A stretch of DNA of 64,000 nt from Hydrolagus colliei (taxonomy: Eukaryota). Each line of letters begins with the position of its first letter. Positions within the stretch are counted from its first letter, which is position 1. Made by a program: the position numbers and the translations under genes. Location of the stretch: positions 2,976,001 through 3,040,000 of the forward strand of contig CM068757.1 in NCBI GenBank assembly GCA_035084275.1, read 5' to 3'. The notes beneath the pieces were generated by a model, which saw only the letters and a list, made by a program, of their open reading frames with translations, did not search any database and was not told the origin of the DNA. This document shows positions 24,120 through 38,273 of this stretch, in pieces.

Positions 24120-27100
24120 ATCATAATAGTCTCATATTACCTGGATACTTTCAGGAAATCACTTAATTTCACCATATCTCTTTGAATCTGGATAATTCTT
24201 CCGTCAGTAGACATGCTAGTATAGTCAGCAAATTATATAAAATATAATATTTTTTTGTGGGACATTGCAGTGCACAAATTGGCTGCTGCGTTCAGTCACA
24301 AAATACACACAGTCACAGCACCTTACAGAACATCCTGTAAAACTCTTTGAGACATCTTGACTAAGTAGTAAGGTGCTATATGAAATGCAAGTATTATTGA
24401 TGTTAATTATGGTACCGTAGCATTATAAGTACTCTGTCATTTATAAACACATAAAGAGCATGGGAGCCAGTGCAGACAATTGCAAATCCCTACAAGGCAT
24501 TAACTATTTATGATTATCCATTGCATTTTACTAACAGTCAAGCTATCTAATTTGTTCTTATATTGATGAGTTTTAAGATGCATTGCAACTCCCAAATGCT
24601 TTGATAAATGCATTCTAAAATGCCCAGGTAGATTTTACCCACTGAACATAAATCCTTATCAAGTGATTCCTGTAGATTTGTGAAACGTGATCTGTTATTT
24701 TTAGATCTATTTTGATAACTTATGGTCTCTGAACTCTAAAGTGTGATGATATTTGATAACAACTTTATAGATTACAAGGAAACAGTGAGACATGTAGGAT
24801 GATATATTTGGAGCTTAGGAGAAACAAGATATGAAAGTTTGGAGAAGGATTAACCTTTGTCATGTTGCTAAAATGGAAAGGAATAGTTGTGATGTAAAGT
24901 GAGAGAAAGAGAATGGAGGCCAGAGTTGAAGGAAACACTTTATCAGACAAGTCCTTTTTTGGAGGGGTCCAGATGTAAAAGAGGGCCAGATATATCATCC
25001 TTGATGTGAGAGCAGTTCATAAAGTCTTGGAAAAAGTTAACTTCATAAAACCTAGCAGAGCTGTTGAGGAGAAAATAAATGGTTGTCACGCAAAAAAAAC
25101 AAAAGCTTCTTGGAGGCTGTTTTGGCATTAAAGGAGGTGGGAAAATGATAAACTACATGCCTGGTTTTCTGTACACTAACATTGTAAGACTGGTGGTATA
25201 TAGTGTTTGCCAGTTTCATATATACTTTCCCCACTCAAGGATGCTCCATAATATTCCACCATTATTGCATGCAGTTTCACCATTCTGATGTACGTTACTT
25301 CCTTTTTCTTCTACTGAACCATGAAATATTTCTCATTAAGAGACAGTTCCTAACTTGAATTCACTCTGCAACTTCGACTGGATAAACACATTCAAGCCTT
25401 GTGTTTAAGCAGTCATCTTGAAACCTGGAAATGGAGTATCTAAGGAAATTGAATACTGCTCAGAATGAAAGGCTCTCAGTTAGATTGGGGGGTGGGGGGA
25501 AGGGGTGTCTTATCCAGGACAACAGCTGTGCTAAGAGGGAAAAAAATCTTTTATTTTCACAATTATTTGGCTTTTTAATGTGAAAGATTAGTTCAATTTT
25601 TTTAATGACATCACTGTCAGAAGAGTGATGTTATAAATTAAAGGTAATTGTATTCAAATGCATTTTCCATCTGAATGTTTTTCTTTCCTGAACTGTGGAT
25701 AGTTTGGGCCAATTTGATGGTAGCATAAGTTTTTGGGAAGAATGATTACTTTTTGCAGGAATGAAACGCAGGCAGCTGAAAGTCGACACTTTATATATTT
25801 TTCATTGACTGCAGATGGGATAGGCACGAAGCCAGCTCAAGATTGGTTAGTTAAATACGGATAAATAAATACAACTTTACCACAATGCAAAAAGTAGCTA
25901 AAACATCTCGATCCGAAAGGTAGAAGAGGCATCTTCAAATTATGCAATGCATAAAACAGAGGGAGTTGGAACGCAGTAGATTATCTCTGTTTAATGTGAG
26001 TGACACTTTAATCGGTCCAAATGTTGAAATTTATTATCTCCATTTCTCAGCTATGTTTGTATTGGCAACGCATCGTGAAAAGAGAATCCAAAAATGCGCA
26101 ATGAGGAATGTACTTATTCAGGATGAGAATTTTTATTCTTGCTCTGTAGTCTCAAGGTAGTTTTTTCAGGACTGAAGGAAATCGATTAAGTCATGATTTT
26201 CAGCTAAGTTCAAAAACATAAAGTTACATTATATGCTTGTCCATTCTTCCTTTTCCAAAGAAAATGTTACCCTCTTAAAGTCACCTCAGTATCTTTAAAA
26301 TGAAATTGTGTTGCTTCTGTCCCTTCAAATCTCTCAGCAGTTTAAGATTATATAGACTGTTGGATACTTTTGCGGTGTTCATATTGCACATTTGGTGGTG
26401 AATTGTTGTAGGCTCTGGCAGTGATTCATTGCCAAATATGTACTATAAACCGGGATGAAGCAATGTGAATTGAGCTGGAACCAAGACTTTGCTTTCATCC
26501 GAAGGAGGTGAATTCATCACTAGTGCCATTTGCCCCTATACAGTACTAAATACAATGGGTGGGGTAGGTGGGGGGGAATGGAAATAACTACACTGTGTTC
26601 ACCTCCACTTGTTCCATTTAAAGTTCCTGCACAGACAGTTCAGAAACTTTGAACAAGTTCTTATTTAATGAAATTAAAGAGGCGATCATGCGATCTTTTC
26701 TTCGGTAACACTGGAAAAACTAACCCATTTTTTCACGTGCTACAAACATTTGTTTGGTTTGACCAGGATTTGGAGTGGGGGAAGTATGGGGAAATATAAA
26801 TCAGTTTCTTGCTCTGCATTAGTATTCTGACCGCAATCCCGGCGGTATGAATACAGCATAAGTTATTGTTCCAGGTTACAAAAATAAATAGTGCTCTTGG
26901 TTGATCATTTTTTTTTCTGTATCGACTTGGGGACGCTAAAGCTGCCCAAAAGGCAAGTGAAGTCATTTCCTATCACAGTGTAATTTACAGATGCCGCTTT
27001 TCCAAACGCTCAATGTGCTAGCTTGAGCACTGCTGGATATTTTGCTAAGGGTCTCAGGGCCCTGTACTTTTTCTTCACTGTTCAGTGCGTTGCCAACATC

Positions 27101-27136
27101 TCAATTTCATAATAAAAATAAGTTTTTTTCAAAAAA

Positions 27137-27372
27137 AATCCTTGCATTTGATATACTGCAGCACCTTTCGCTTCAGGAGGATGTCTCAAAGTGATTCGCA
27201 GTATTTACTGTAAAGTACAGTGATTTGTATTTGGTAGGCTAATGCGGCAGCCAATTTACGCACAGCAATGTCACACAAACAAGCCATGAAGTGAATAACT
27301 GATTGTTGGCCAAGACACCAGGGGAAATTCCCTCCTCTCAACTGTTCAAAAACTGGATTACATATGGCACCC
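27137..27372 (-). mobile_element. Partial Deu-domain SINE
   Basis: Antisense tail tccttgcatttgatata, then gcggcagccaatttacgcacagcaa and attgttggccaagacaccaggggaaattccctc. Confidence 0.7.
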
Positions 27373-28551
27373 TATTCAAAAGTACGGTAGGTGTTAATTA
27401 CAACATAATAGGTTGCAAGGCATATAGGACGATGTATTTCAGAGTTTGGGAGGAACAAGAGAAGTTGGGAGAAGCAGTAAACCTCATTATATTGTAGAAA
27501 AGTGTTTGTAAAGAATTGTAATAATGAACTAAAATGTATTTAAATGCAGTTGACAAGTTTACAGTGCACTGTTTGGAGAGTTAAATCTCAGTAACCGAGT
27601 GAAATAACTCATTCCGTTCCGTCATCTATCATGTTGTTTTTTTTTAATGTTTTTTTGCAGTTAAATGAAATTATTTACAGGAATAAAATTTTGCTTTATC
27701 CCAGGGAACTCCTTTGGCTGCACCGTTGCTAAGAGTGGGACTTGTGGTTTTAAAAACAAAAAAACTTTGACAGATTGCAAACTCATTTAAATGTAGAGAA
27801 ATGTGTTTGCCTTTTTTAAAATTTTAGCCATTTTTTTTTAAACCCACAATGAGCTGTGTTAGCCAGCAATGAGTTGTCAGTGAATAGCATGGCCAGTATC
27901 AGAGGAACTCTCCAACACTGCCGATGACACACCAAAGGGACTGATTGTTTAAAACCCCATCGCAATAGTAGCTAAAGCAGGTGTAACGGAGTAATGCACT
28001 GTTTCCTTTGTTGCAAAACTCCGTAACATTTCCAAAAAGGAATATCCTGTAACCTTTACCTTTCACGGGGGAGGTGGGGGTGAAATATTCCTTATTATTA
28101 TAGCTTGATTCAGAACTTTCCTCTGCAGCCCCCTTTGTCATAGCGACAATGTCTCAAATGCCAGTTTGAAACCATGGCATTGAGTCAATTAGAGCAATAA
28201 TGTAATTTAATTACATCAAAATGAACAGGGACTGATTGATCTTCACAGTATATACAATTTTAAAATTGTTAAACGTGAACTAGATTGGGAAAAGAAAATC
28301 CACTCTTGCTAAACACAATTTTTAAAAAATATTGTAGGTCTCAGTAATTTTCTTTAAAAAATAAGCACATCTTCAATTCCTGCATTCCTGCAAAAATACC
28401 TGACCACCAGTCTTAAAGACCCAAACCATGTTTCAGTTGCAAAAACTGAGGTTCCATCTACTTTTGACTTGTGTCCTTCCTCAAATAACTAGCAGCACTT
28501 GGTACTATGCACCAGACATCTCGGTTTTACTTCAACTTTTCCTACGTTCAG

Positions 28552-28673
28552 GGAAGGAGATCACGGCGGAAAGTTTTATGGAAAAGTTGGACAATGGAGC
28601 GCTCCTCTGTCAGCTGGCACAGACATTACAAGAGCAATTCAAAGAAAACAGCAGTGAATACAAGGCTGCCAAG
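28552..28673 (+). CDS. GAS2: GAS2 coding exon 2 (CH domain)
   Basis: Acceptor ttcAG|; encodes (G)[40 protein letters not shown]; donor AAG|GTGAGT. 122 nt, restores phase 0. Confidence 0.95.
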
Positions 28674-29001
28674 GTGAGTCTGATAATCAAATCCAGTTTA
28701 CTACTTCAAATTAAAGTCAAGTGATTTGCCTTTTCCACTTACAAAGCTTTAAGTATGCAGGACAATGATAGTTTGCCGTTCTGAATCCAAAAAATATTAT
28801 GGGGTCCAATTTGCCAGTTGCATAAAACTTGCTGTGATTACGTTATTCAGAGAGTATTAGTGATGCTCCAAGTTATACAATCCACCAAGGTATACTGTCA
28901 CTACGCTTTATAGTAAATCCTGTGAAGCGTTTTGAGACATTCTTCTAAAGCGAAAAGAGCAATATCAAATGTAATCACCTCTAAGAATTAATTACATCAT
29001 T

Positions 29002-29337
29002 GTGGAGTCCTGTAGCTCAGTGGTTAGAGCACTCACCTTGCAAGCAAGGGACCTAGGTTTGATTCCATGCAGGGAAAAACCTTGGTCAACTTTCCTTACT
29101 CCACATGCCTGATAATAATCCCTCAAGTAAAAAAAAACAATCATAATTTGATCTCTCAATCCACGACTGTTTGTGGGACACTGCTGTGTGCAACTTGCTG
29201 TTGCATTTCGCCCACATACAGTATATACAGTCAATTCAGTTTACTGTATATTCTGTGAAGCGTTTGAGACTTCTAGAAGATGCGAGAAGCACTATATCAA
29301 ATGCTAGGATTATTATTATTATCATCGTTATTATTAA
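29002..29337 (+). mobile_element. Full-length dominant SINE, flanked by same-orientation tail fragments (about 28880-28975 and 29368-29490)
   Basis: gtggagtcctgtagctcagtggttagagcactcaccttgcaag head; (TTA)n tail. Confidence 0.92.
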
Positions 29338-32019
29338 GGGCTCCTCTAATCCCTGTTTACATATGATTTACCCACAAAATACACAATCAATCAACTTTAC
29401 AATACAGTATATTCTGTGAAGCGCTTTGATATGTGTCAACAATGTGATAAGGTGCTATATCCACTGCAAGGCTTATTATCATTATTATTATCCACCAAAT
29501 TAGATCCAATAATATTTTCCAGAAACATATATTTTTGTGCATTTTTACCATTATTTTCCAATCCTTCGAAGCTGTTAATGCTGCCAATATTACACTAATG
29601 GAAAATCAACATTTGTAAGTACTGTATCATGTCTTGTGATTGCTGAACATTGTATTTTCAAACCTTTGACTGACGGCACACCAGGGAAACAAACATCTTC
29701 CTGGACCAGCTGGTTTCATCATATATTCAGCTCATGCACTGCTAGGCTGAAATCAACTCTAAAATTACAGTCCTAGAAATACTCAATTGGCAAGAATAGC
29801 ATCTACTCCTGTAATATTAACCCTGAGTTGCAAATTACAAGCAGAGCACAGCTAAATTAAAATAAAGACCATTGACTAGAGTTCAAGTCTCTCTCTCTTT
29901 TATAGTTTTTCTCATTCCTATTCAATGGCCATTGATCCCCCTGGAATTTCCTCTCTTGTTCTTCCTAATGTCCAAATATGGCAGCTCAGGCATTCCTTCC
30001 CTTTTCTGCATTCTCATGGTGTTAACCTCAAACCTGATCACATTGATAGCAAGTCTCCCCTTTCCCCTCCATCACTATAACCACAAGTGCAATCAGCTAA
30101 CTCAAACCAGACCCAGTGAGCAAATCTGGGATAATTCTGGTCCATTTAAAACTTGATTCACTTGTTGTATATCTATGTCAATAGGAGCCCCTGAGCCCCG
30201 TGGTGTTACAGTTGCCAATGGAAGTTGGTTTGAACTAAAGTGTGAGGGTGGGAAACAAGTGGAGATTGTTTAACCAATATCATACCTTTGAATCTGTGGA
30301 TTAACAGCATTTATACGGTGGAGATTCTACACACATAACACAATCAAGTATGAAGGCAGAAAAGATCATTAATTCCATTGAGACCAATCTTCTACAGACC
30401 ATGTAAAATGGTCATATTATGGCCTCTGCCCACACATTCAGTTAATTTAATACTCAGTGATGAAAGTACAAAATCACCTTCCATTGGTAACTGTAACACC
30501 AATCTTGTAGGGTCCTCTATTTTGCGTGGATGGAGGAGGGGATAGAGAGAAGGGAAGAGATCTACATAATTTCCTGATCCAAAAAATGAATCAAGCAAAC
30601 ACTACCAGAAACCAGTCCATCCCTACATCTCCAATGTTCAGTCTGATGACCCTTCACACACAATATTTGTCCTTTTCTTTTGGCTTTAAGCTGCTCAGAA
30701 GCTATTTGATCATTTAATTCTGTACCTATCTATTTGATACTGTTCCCAATCAAATACATTTCTATTTTGATAGAGTTCATTAACTTACTCCCCGTTTTTG
30801 CTTGCAGGTCTGATCCACAGATTCATATTTTGTTGGGAGAAAAGTATTCTTAGTAGTCTCTGTTCTTGTTTGTGGCTTGTAATCTAAACCTGTGGTCACA
30901 GTACAGTATATAAATCCCATACATAGCAAAGCAAACCAGTCAAAATAAGTTTTTTTGTTTCTTCTAAACAATCTAAATAAACTCCTGTTACAGTTCAAAA
31001 ATATTAAAACAGTTTTTGTTTTTAAAAATGTGGAATTCAGTTCCCTTCTCCACTCTCGATAAAGCCTTAGAGACTTAAGGCTCCATCATCTGTAGTCCTG
31101 CAGTGCACAACACAAGTTGACAGTGGAAGTTCAGGTGATGTCAGTTCAGTATTTATCAGTGCAGACCTTCGAATCAGACCTATCTGGGTTATAACCCTGC
31201 CAGAGAAGCCTAACAAGAGCTGAAGAGTGATCGAAATCAGTCTGAAGGTGTTTTGCAGGAGATTGCTTTGACAGCCCCCCAAAATAGTCTCCTCTGTATA
31301 CTCTCAGCGTCCAGTATTATGTTTCCACAAAACACCCTTATCATCTGAAGAAACAATATTCAGTTCTGCTCAGCATCAACCAAAGGAAGATAATATTCCT
31401 GGTAACGTGAAACCCACAGTAATCTCAAGGGGTACCAGCAATTTGAAAACAACACCTTCCCATGGGACTGATGGTAGAAAAACATAACTTGTCCTTGTTA
31501 AGATTTTTACCTGGCCAGATGTCGCTGGAGTGATGTCAGGCGCAAAGAAGAATTTCCCATCAGGCCCAAATTACTGGAGCTCCCATGATATCAACTCAAT
31601 GATCTCTTCCACAGCAGTTCAGTCTCTGCTGGTTGGGGAGGAGATCAGTTTAGTCCTGAAATTATAGGCTGCCATTTGACAGTTCTGGCCATTGATCAAT
31701 TCTCTCGATACGAGCAAAAGTAGCAAAGGAAATGCTGTGGAAACATATGTTCTGTTCAGACTCAGGAGCGGGATTCCGTTTTGTGGGGATTAAATGCAAG
31801 ATTATGAGCTATTCTCCTCCATCCGTGGGAGACAGTGAATTTGTTCATACGACTGATTCACTCTGTTCAGTAAACTGAGGAAGTTTGGCCTTGCGCACTT
31901 GCACACAGTTGTGCACTAGCAGATTGTGTCCCTCGCTTTTAGACTGTGAATATCAAAGGAATAAAGTTATCAAAAGAATCAGCCATCAAACTAAATGTTT
32001 GTTCGCGTGATTGATTCGG

Positions 32020-32250
32020 TGTTAAGGAGCCCATGGCACTGTTTTGAAGAAGATCACGGAGTTTGGTTTGATGACCTTGACAATAATTCTGCCTCATCCA
32101 AATTCACCAGCGTAATTGATGCATTTATCCCATTGCCATTTGAGGGTCATTATTACTAACACAGATCATTTGTCACTTTTGATAGATAACAACACTCATT
32201 ACATTTCAGTGTAGCTCTTCACATAAATTGCTTTGAGATGCTTCAATGTG
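32020..32250 (+). mobile_element. Highly decayed Deu-domain SINE fragment
   Basis: cccatggcactgttttgaagaagatcacggagtt...ccttgacaataattctgcctca matches the Deu core order; ends ttgctttgagatg. Confidence 0.55.
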
Positions 32251-35040
32251 TTTACAATAAGTTTAAATTGTTATTCTTTATATATTTGTTCACCAATTCT
32301 TTTTACTTGAAATATATTTTTAGACCCCTGCATTATTATTCAAGGGCATTCTGGACCAACTCTTTTTCTGACTTACTTTCGTCCGATTAAGAAACATCTG
32401 GTGCCCAGTTCCGCTGTGTACTTTGCACTGTAGCTTCTGCACTGAATGGCAATATAATTCTGATGTAATCCATTTGGAGATTACTCCCCCATATCACTTT
32501 TTAATGAGTTTGAACTACAATATTACATTTATAGAGTGCCTTTCACGTCGGGAGGACGTCCCAAGGCACTGAAACCGAGCATGGCGGCAACTGAATTCCT
32601 GTCTAACTGCAACCAATGTGACGCTAGTAAACTTAAGTTCTAAAGTTCTCAGTGCACTGAACTTAAAGGTGGTCAGTGGTATTAAAGAGTCAGTTGCAGT
32701 CCTCCTTTGGTTGGGTTGCTTCCAGATTCATAGCAGTTTGGAGAGAGCATTACAACTGCCAACTCCTAACTCCCGACGCTCTCCACTCACCTACAAGCAT
32801 AGCTCTCTGCTCCAGATGCTGTCTGTTGAGACTAGGTAAATACCTTGCTCATTGAATGCTGTGCCCAGGCACTCTGAGGCATTGCATGTTGGTGCACCAG
32901 CTTCCTGTACTGACTATCTTTGCAGCCAATTTATCTGGCCTATTCAATCCGTCTCTCAACACTAACTCTTCTTAGGCATGCAACATGCATGTGGGGAAGA
33001 CATTACACTTTTCAATCTGTTTTACCATCTGGAGTTGTCATCTACTTTCCTGGAGCAGTGAAATTCAATCCGAATCTCTAGATGTTTGAAAGCTCGACAG
33101 GGTCAATTTGCCTTTCTCCAAAGCATAGCCACAGAGTGTAAAGTTAGATGCTTAGAATAATTTTATGTCTGTATACAAAAATGGCTCTTTTCCTGACATG
33201 ATAAGGGCTGCATATCAGAACAACGCAATTTGAAATTGACCAGCAATGAGCACGTGGGGGCAATTGCATTGTATGCTTGTCGGTTTTATGTTTGCCTTTG
33301 GGTCGAACTGCGGTCAAAAATCCCCTTGCTCTGGTCTTGAGTGAGAACATAGAATACATTCACAAGAAATTGAGTCTTCTGTTCCTCGTAGACTCTGCAG
33401 TTCATTTTAATAATGTTCCTTCTAATTGTTTAAAATGGTCACTTCTGGTTTGAGCTCCCTGTAGCTTCCTGCATTTTCCCTTAAATACATCCCGGGAAAC
33501 TACCTCTGTGCAATTGCACCAGAGCTTGTCCTCAATTTGACTTCTTCCCCGCAGATGGTCCAACATTCTCGGACCGATGCAGATGTGGATGGGGGAATGG
33601 GCATTAGGATTGTGCCAGGGAAAAAAAAATTACAGTATCATACACGGCAAAGCTGGCCCACTATGTTTCATGTCTGGCAACATGGATCCCAGAGCAGTGT
33701 TCATCTCTTATGCGAAAAAAAAATTGGTTCGACAATTCAGCTCCAGACTTCTAAAATTCACTGCCAACTGCATTTTTTTTTAGTAGCGTGAGTCTGTCTA
33801 CTGGTCTCCAGTGAATTTCAGATCATCATTTCCAAATGATGTACTGCTGGCACCTGATATGTGCGTTCTTGTTCTTATTGAACTCTCTGGAGGTAATGTG
33901 CTTCGGATGACTAAGGAAGACATAGCTCAGATATTTACTTGCCACTGTTTCCTCCGCATCATGGATAGATTTACAATTGTGATTTATAACATTTTGCAGG
34001 AATAAATTTGGGTGAAAATCATTTCAGTATGAAGTACTCCTCTCACTCACTCACCCAACCACCTACCTACACATCCACAAAATGCTTAAAACAATTTTGT
34101 TTTGGTGAGCCTAGTGTCTGACACATACGGAAACCAGTCCATTAAAAATAGCTCCTAAATGGACTTATTCACAATTCCCATAAGTAACCTACTGGAGAAC
34201 TGCCATTTCGTATCTCCTGTTCAAGAGAAGATCCATATGACGTATTCAGTGGTTCTGTCTGTCTTTGGATTGAAAGTGACTGGAACACCCCCAGCTGGTA
34301 CAGAGCATTTGAAGTTGTGTTTGGCAATCAGCATTCAAAATCACAAGGGTTACTGCTGACTGTGTCAGCAGGGAGCCCAGGACAGATCCACACAATGAGC
34401 AGATCTTTCCAGGTCAAGATATTTCAGCTTGTGATTTCCTGCCCAGTTGCTGTTTTGATGGACTGAAATGGGAATCTTTCTTCTGGGGGAGGAGATATTT
34501 TAACAAGGTTTTCCAGTCTTTGTTGCGAAGTACTATACAGTGCATCAGCCAGAAAATCAGCCTCTTTAAAGTGATGTTCCTTTGTTATAAAATAATGATC
34601 CTTGCATTTGATATAGCACTTTTCACATCAGGAGGGAGTTTAAAGCGCTTCATGTGATTTTGCTGTAAAGTGTAGTGACTGCTTTGTAAGCACATGATGG
34701 TGTTTATTTTAAGCAAATTCTGGTGATGTTTCTAGCTTTTTCCTGGTTTCTATTTTTAAAAATTCATCTTATATAGTATTCTTATTATTTAATTTATTCA
34801 CCCTTCCCTTGTTAATTCCCTTGTCCAACAAGTCTGTTCCGGGGCTAAGTAGCCAGTCAATCAGGATTGTTCTGGCAGACCTCTCTGATACACAAACAGT
34901 CATTAGATAAGACACAAGAGCAACGTTTCACTCTGTTATGCCTTCCAATATATGGCTTCTGATCATCGCTTCCCAATCAACACAGCTATTGTAATGACGG
35001 TTTAAAACGCTACCATAAACAAAGTGATCTGCAGTTATAT

Positions 35041-35090
35041 CATGGAATTTTACAGCACAAAAGGAGGCCATTCAGGCCCATCATGTATGT
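35041..35090 (-). mobile_element. Short CR1-type 3' terminal fragment
   Basis: catggaattttacagcacaaaaggaggccattcaggcccatc resembles the antisense CR1 3' end also seen at 16921. Confidence 0.55.
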
Positions 35091-35880
35091 TTAAACTCTT
35101 AAAACATTTTAACACATCACATGGGAACAACCAATCAGTCTCCACGGCTTGTAAACAACAAGTGTATTCAACAACAGTGGAAAGATTTCCGATGCTGTTC
35201 TGAGGTTTGGGATTGGGATTGTTTGGTGTAATTGACCAGAAAATCAAGGCAGTGACAGGTTAAACTGTGAGCACACAGGACTAAAGATTGAACCCTAATA
35301 CTCTTAGCAGGCATCTAGGACAATAGTGAAATTAACAGACTAAATCTGAAGTGTGCTTCAGACCAATTCTCAACTTAACATTGTGCAGCAAATCATTCAT
35401 TATAACTAATGTTTGACACAACAAAGTTCAGGATTGTGCAGTGCAGTAATTTTCAATAAAACATATGCAATATATGATAGAAACACAAACCTTAAGTTTC
35501 TGAAAACGCACTTGAAACTCCGCTATGATTAATTAATCAGAGTTAAGATATAAATATAATTCAGATTTTTTGGGATTGATTAAGAGTAACTGGCACTGAA
35601 ACTGTCAAGGATCATGACCTGTTGTGGATTCATCTGTCTCATGACATGTATGTACATTACCAAACATGAAAAGAGCCATTTTCAGGGATTTATTTAATAG
35701 CCTTATAATTGATTCAAGGATAATGACAAAGCTATAACTAAAAATGTTAGGTACTGCTTCAACTAGCTATCTATTCACTTCTAAATCATATGTACTTAGA
35801 CACAACATGCTGTGCTTTCAAACAGTCATGCGCATTTTATGTATTTTTCAGTGAATTAACAATGTGTTTTGCATTAACAG

Positions 35881-36022
35881 AGTCTGCCTGTGAAGAAGAT
35901 TCCTTGCAAACCAAATGCCCCCTCAGGGTCATTTTTTGCCCGTGACAACACTGCCAACTTCCTAGCCTGGTGCAGAGAAGTGGGGGTGGATGAGACTTGC
36001 CTTTTTGAGTCTGAAGGTTTAG
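35881..36022 (+). CDS. GAS2: GAS2 coding exon 3 (CH domain)
   Basis: Acceptor ttaacAG|; encodes [47 protein letters not shown]; donor G|GTGCGT. 142 nt. Not in the ORF track; translated by hand. Confidence 0.95.
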
Positions 36023-37912
36023 GTGCGTAAGTTACTTGGGCCTATTTGATTATACTGTACACACAGGGACTAGCTGCTAGCCTAGCCTAGGTTACCTTGA
36101 AGATGGCATTGTGATTATCTGTACAATGTGAACGGTATCCATTCTTGGCTGATGGCAGTGGGTTCAGTGATATTTGAAAGCTTCGCTTTGCTGAATGCAT
36201 TATCTATGTAGTTCAGAGAATAAATGAGCCTTTGTGGAGCTGAGAGACCTCTTTTCTCAGCAGACGAAAGGTCACTCAACAAAAAAAACGACTTTGGTCC
36301 TTATCTTTCATGTAAATGATACCCTCTTTCTCTGTGTTAATGGGACCATTTTTTAACCATTTTTTTTCTCTCGCTCTCTTCGAATGACAGCTTGACATAC
36401 TTATCTGGGCCTCTTTTTCTGACCTACTTACTCAAATACAAAACAAAGCTGTCGGTGATCTCCAGAGAGAGTTGCTATGAAGATGAATATCTGACCTCTG
36501 ACACTGTTGGCTGAAATATTGCTTTTCTAGGTCATGCCCGCCAATGGGAAGAGTATCCTTCATTGAGTGACAAAGAGGAGATGAAGCGGGGATTCTTATA
36601 AAGGTTCCACCTGAGTTGGTGTTGGAATGCTTTGTGTAACATCGTAATATTGTGTGATCAGTGTGGTAAATGTTGTCTTTCGACCATGAATGTACTTAGT
36701 GAATTCATCCATCAATCATTACCCTGTTGACCGATTACTGCGCTTAATATGTTCGCGCCGCTCTCTAATTTGCATTCGCGCAATTATAAACCAATATGTG
36801 AAATTAATTTCTAGCATTCCATAGTTCAATTTCCTGGAGGATACAATAAAAATGCTAATAATTATAGCAATAACAACAACGACAAATTGTAGGGTTGGGT
36901 GATGAATCAGCAGCTGAGATCAGCTGGTTTAACACCAATTGATGATCAAACCGGAGTCCTTCCCTAATCAATTTCACACTGGATAGTGCTTTACAATTAT
37001 TACCTATCAGGGGAGGATTAACTTCTATTCATCAACTGCAAATTTGCTTATTTCAACCCGAGGTCCTGTCTATAACGTTTTGAGAAAGTAAACAATTGCG
37101 TTTCAGACAGAAAGCTTTCTGTGTTGATCATGTGCTATACAGTTGCACTATGTTGTGCCAGAAAGCCCTGCTCTTTACAGTGGGTTAAAGATATCACATA
37201 AAGTGTGATCAAATTCTCTTTGCATGTTACAATTAACGTAGTGAGTGATGTACAGGGGTGCTTTGGACTGATCGCATGCATTATTTATTCTGCCGTGCTG
37301 ATAGGTTGGAGTGTGAGGATTTCATGTTAGATCGGTGCTTTGAATGAACAACCACTCTACACAGTGAGAAGATATTAAGTCTGACAGGGCTTATCAAGGG
37401 GGAATTTTGGCCTTGCATATCTAACCAGTTAACATTCAGATCTTTCAACACATTTTGTGATGTGATCAGCTACTGATTAAAACAAAGTTTGGGCTTGAAG
37501 AAAAGCTGGAACATGTCTTAAAAATTCTGACATACCATTAGTAAAGGGCATTTAGCTAGATTTTTCATTTAACAGATTTACAGTTGAGAACCTGGCATTG
37601 AATTTTAAGGTCAAAGTCCCCAGTAGAGGACACTACCAAACAGCCAGCAACGGTCCCTCTATAAATGAGTAATAAATACCAGAATTCCCTTCAATGATGG
37701 AGGCGATAAATCCAGTACTAATAAGTACTGTTCCAAAACCAACAGGCTGGCTTAGAAAATTAGAGTTAGAGCGCAAAGGAAACAATGGTGACATGAACGT
37801 AGTTTACAAAAAAAAATCAGCAGTTTTGATGAATGTGTGGAATGAAAGATACTTAAACGATTAATTTCTGTTGTACATATAACAGTCTGGAGAGTGAGTG
37901 GATATTCAATGA

Positions 37913-38008
<96 letters not shown>

Positions 38009-38206
38009 TAAAACGATACCTAATCCTTTATTTTATATAGAAATGAACAATTTATAATTTTTCACTCCATTAATCAGCCTTAGTCTACCATCTTTTGCCA
38101 GGTTATGTGCCTAGCTCAGTAAGGGCCAATTAATTGTCTGCAGTATTGAGTTGTTCAGGCCCCACGTGCAGTAACATTTTGGGGACAATAGTTCAACTAA
38201 CACATT

Positions 38207-38273
38207 AACAACAACAACCACAAAATGATACTTGTATAGCGCCTTTCACGTCAGGGGGACGTCCCAAGGCGCT
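38207..38273 (-). mobile_element. Solo ~60-bp L2-type 3' tail ending in (TTG)n; representative of a dispersed family
   Basis: Related copies at about 1804-1866(-), 8397-8437(-), 9941-10000(+), 32517-32581(-), 45676-45724(+), 51137-51195(+), 53759-53827(-), 58068-58128(-) and 60433-60500(-). Consensus agcgccttgggacgtcctcccgacgtgaaaggcgctctataaatgtaattttgttgtt. Confidence 0.8.

Noticed and set aside
24780-25270. Possible ancient LINE ORF2 remnants (also near 29900-30130, 46080-46230, 58500-58760 and 59870-60050)
   Set aside because: Only compositional or faint motif resemblance; too decayed to call without an HMM search.
29004-29075. tRNA-like sequence with A and B boxes
   Set aside because: It continues directly into the SINE body and lacks a proper acceptor stem; it is a SINE head, not a tRNA gene.
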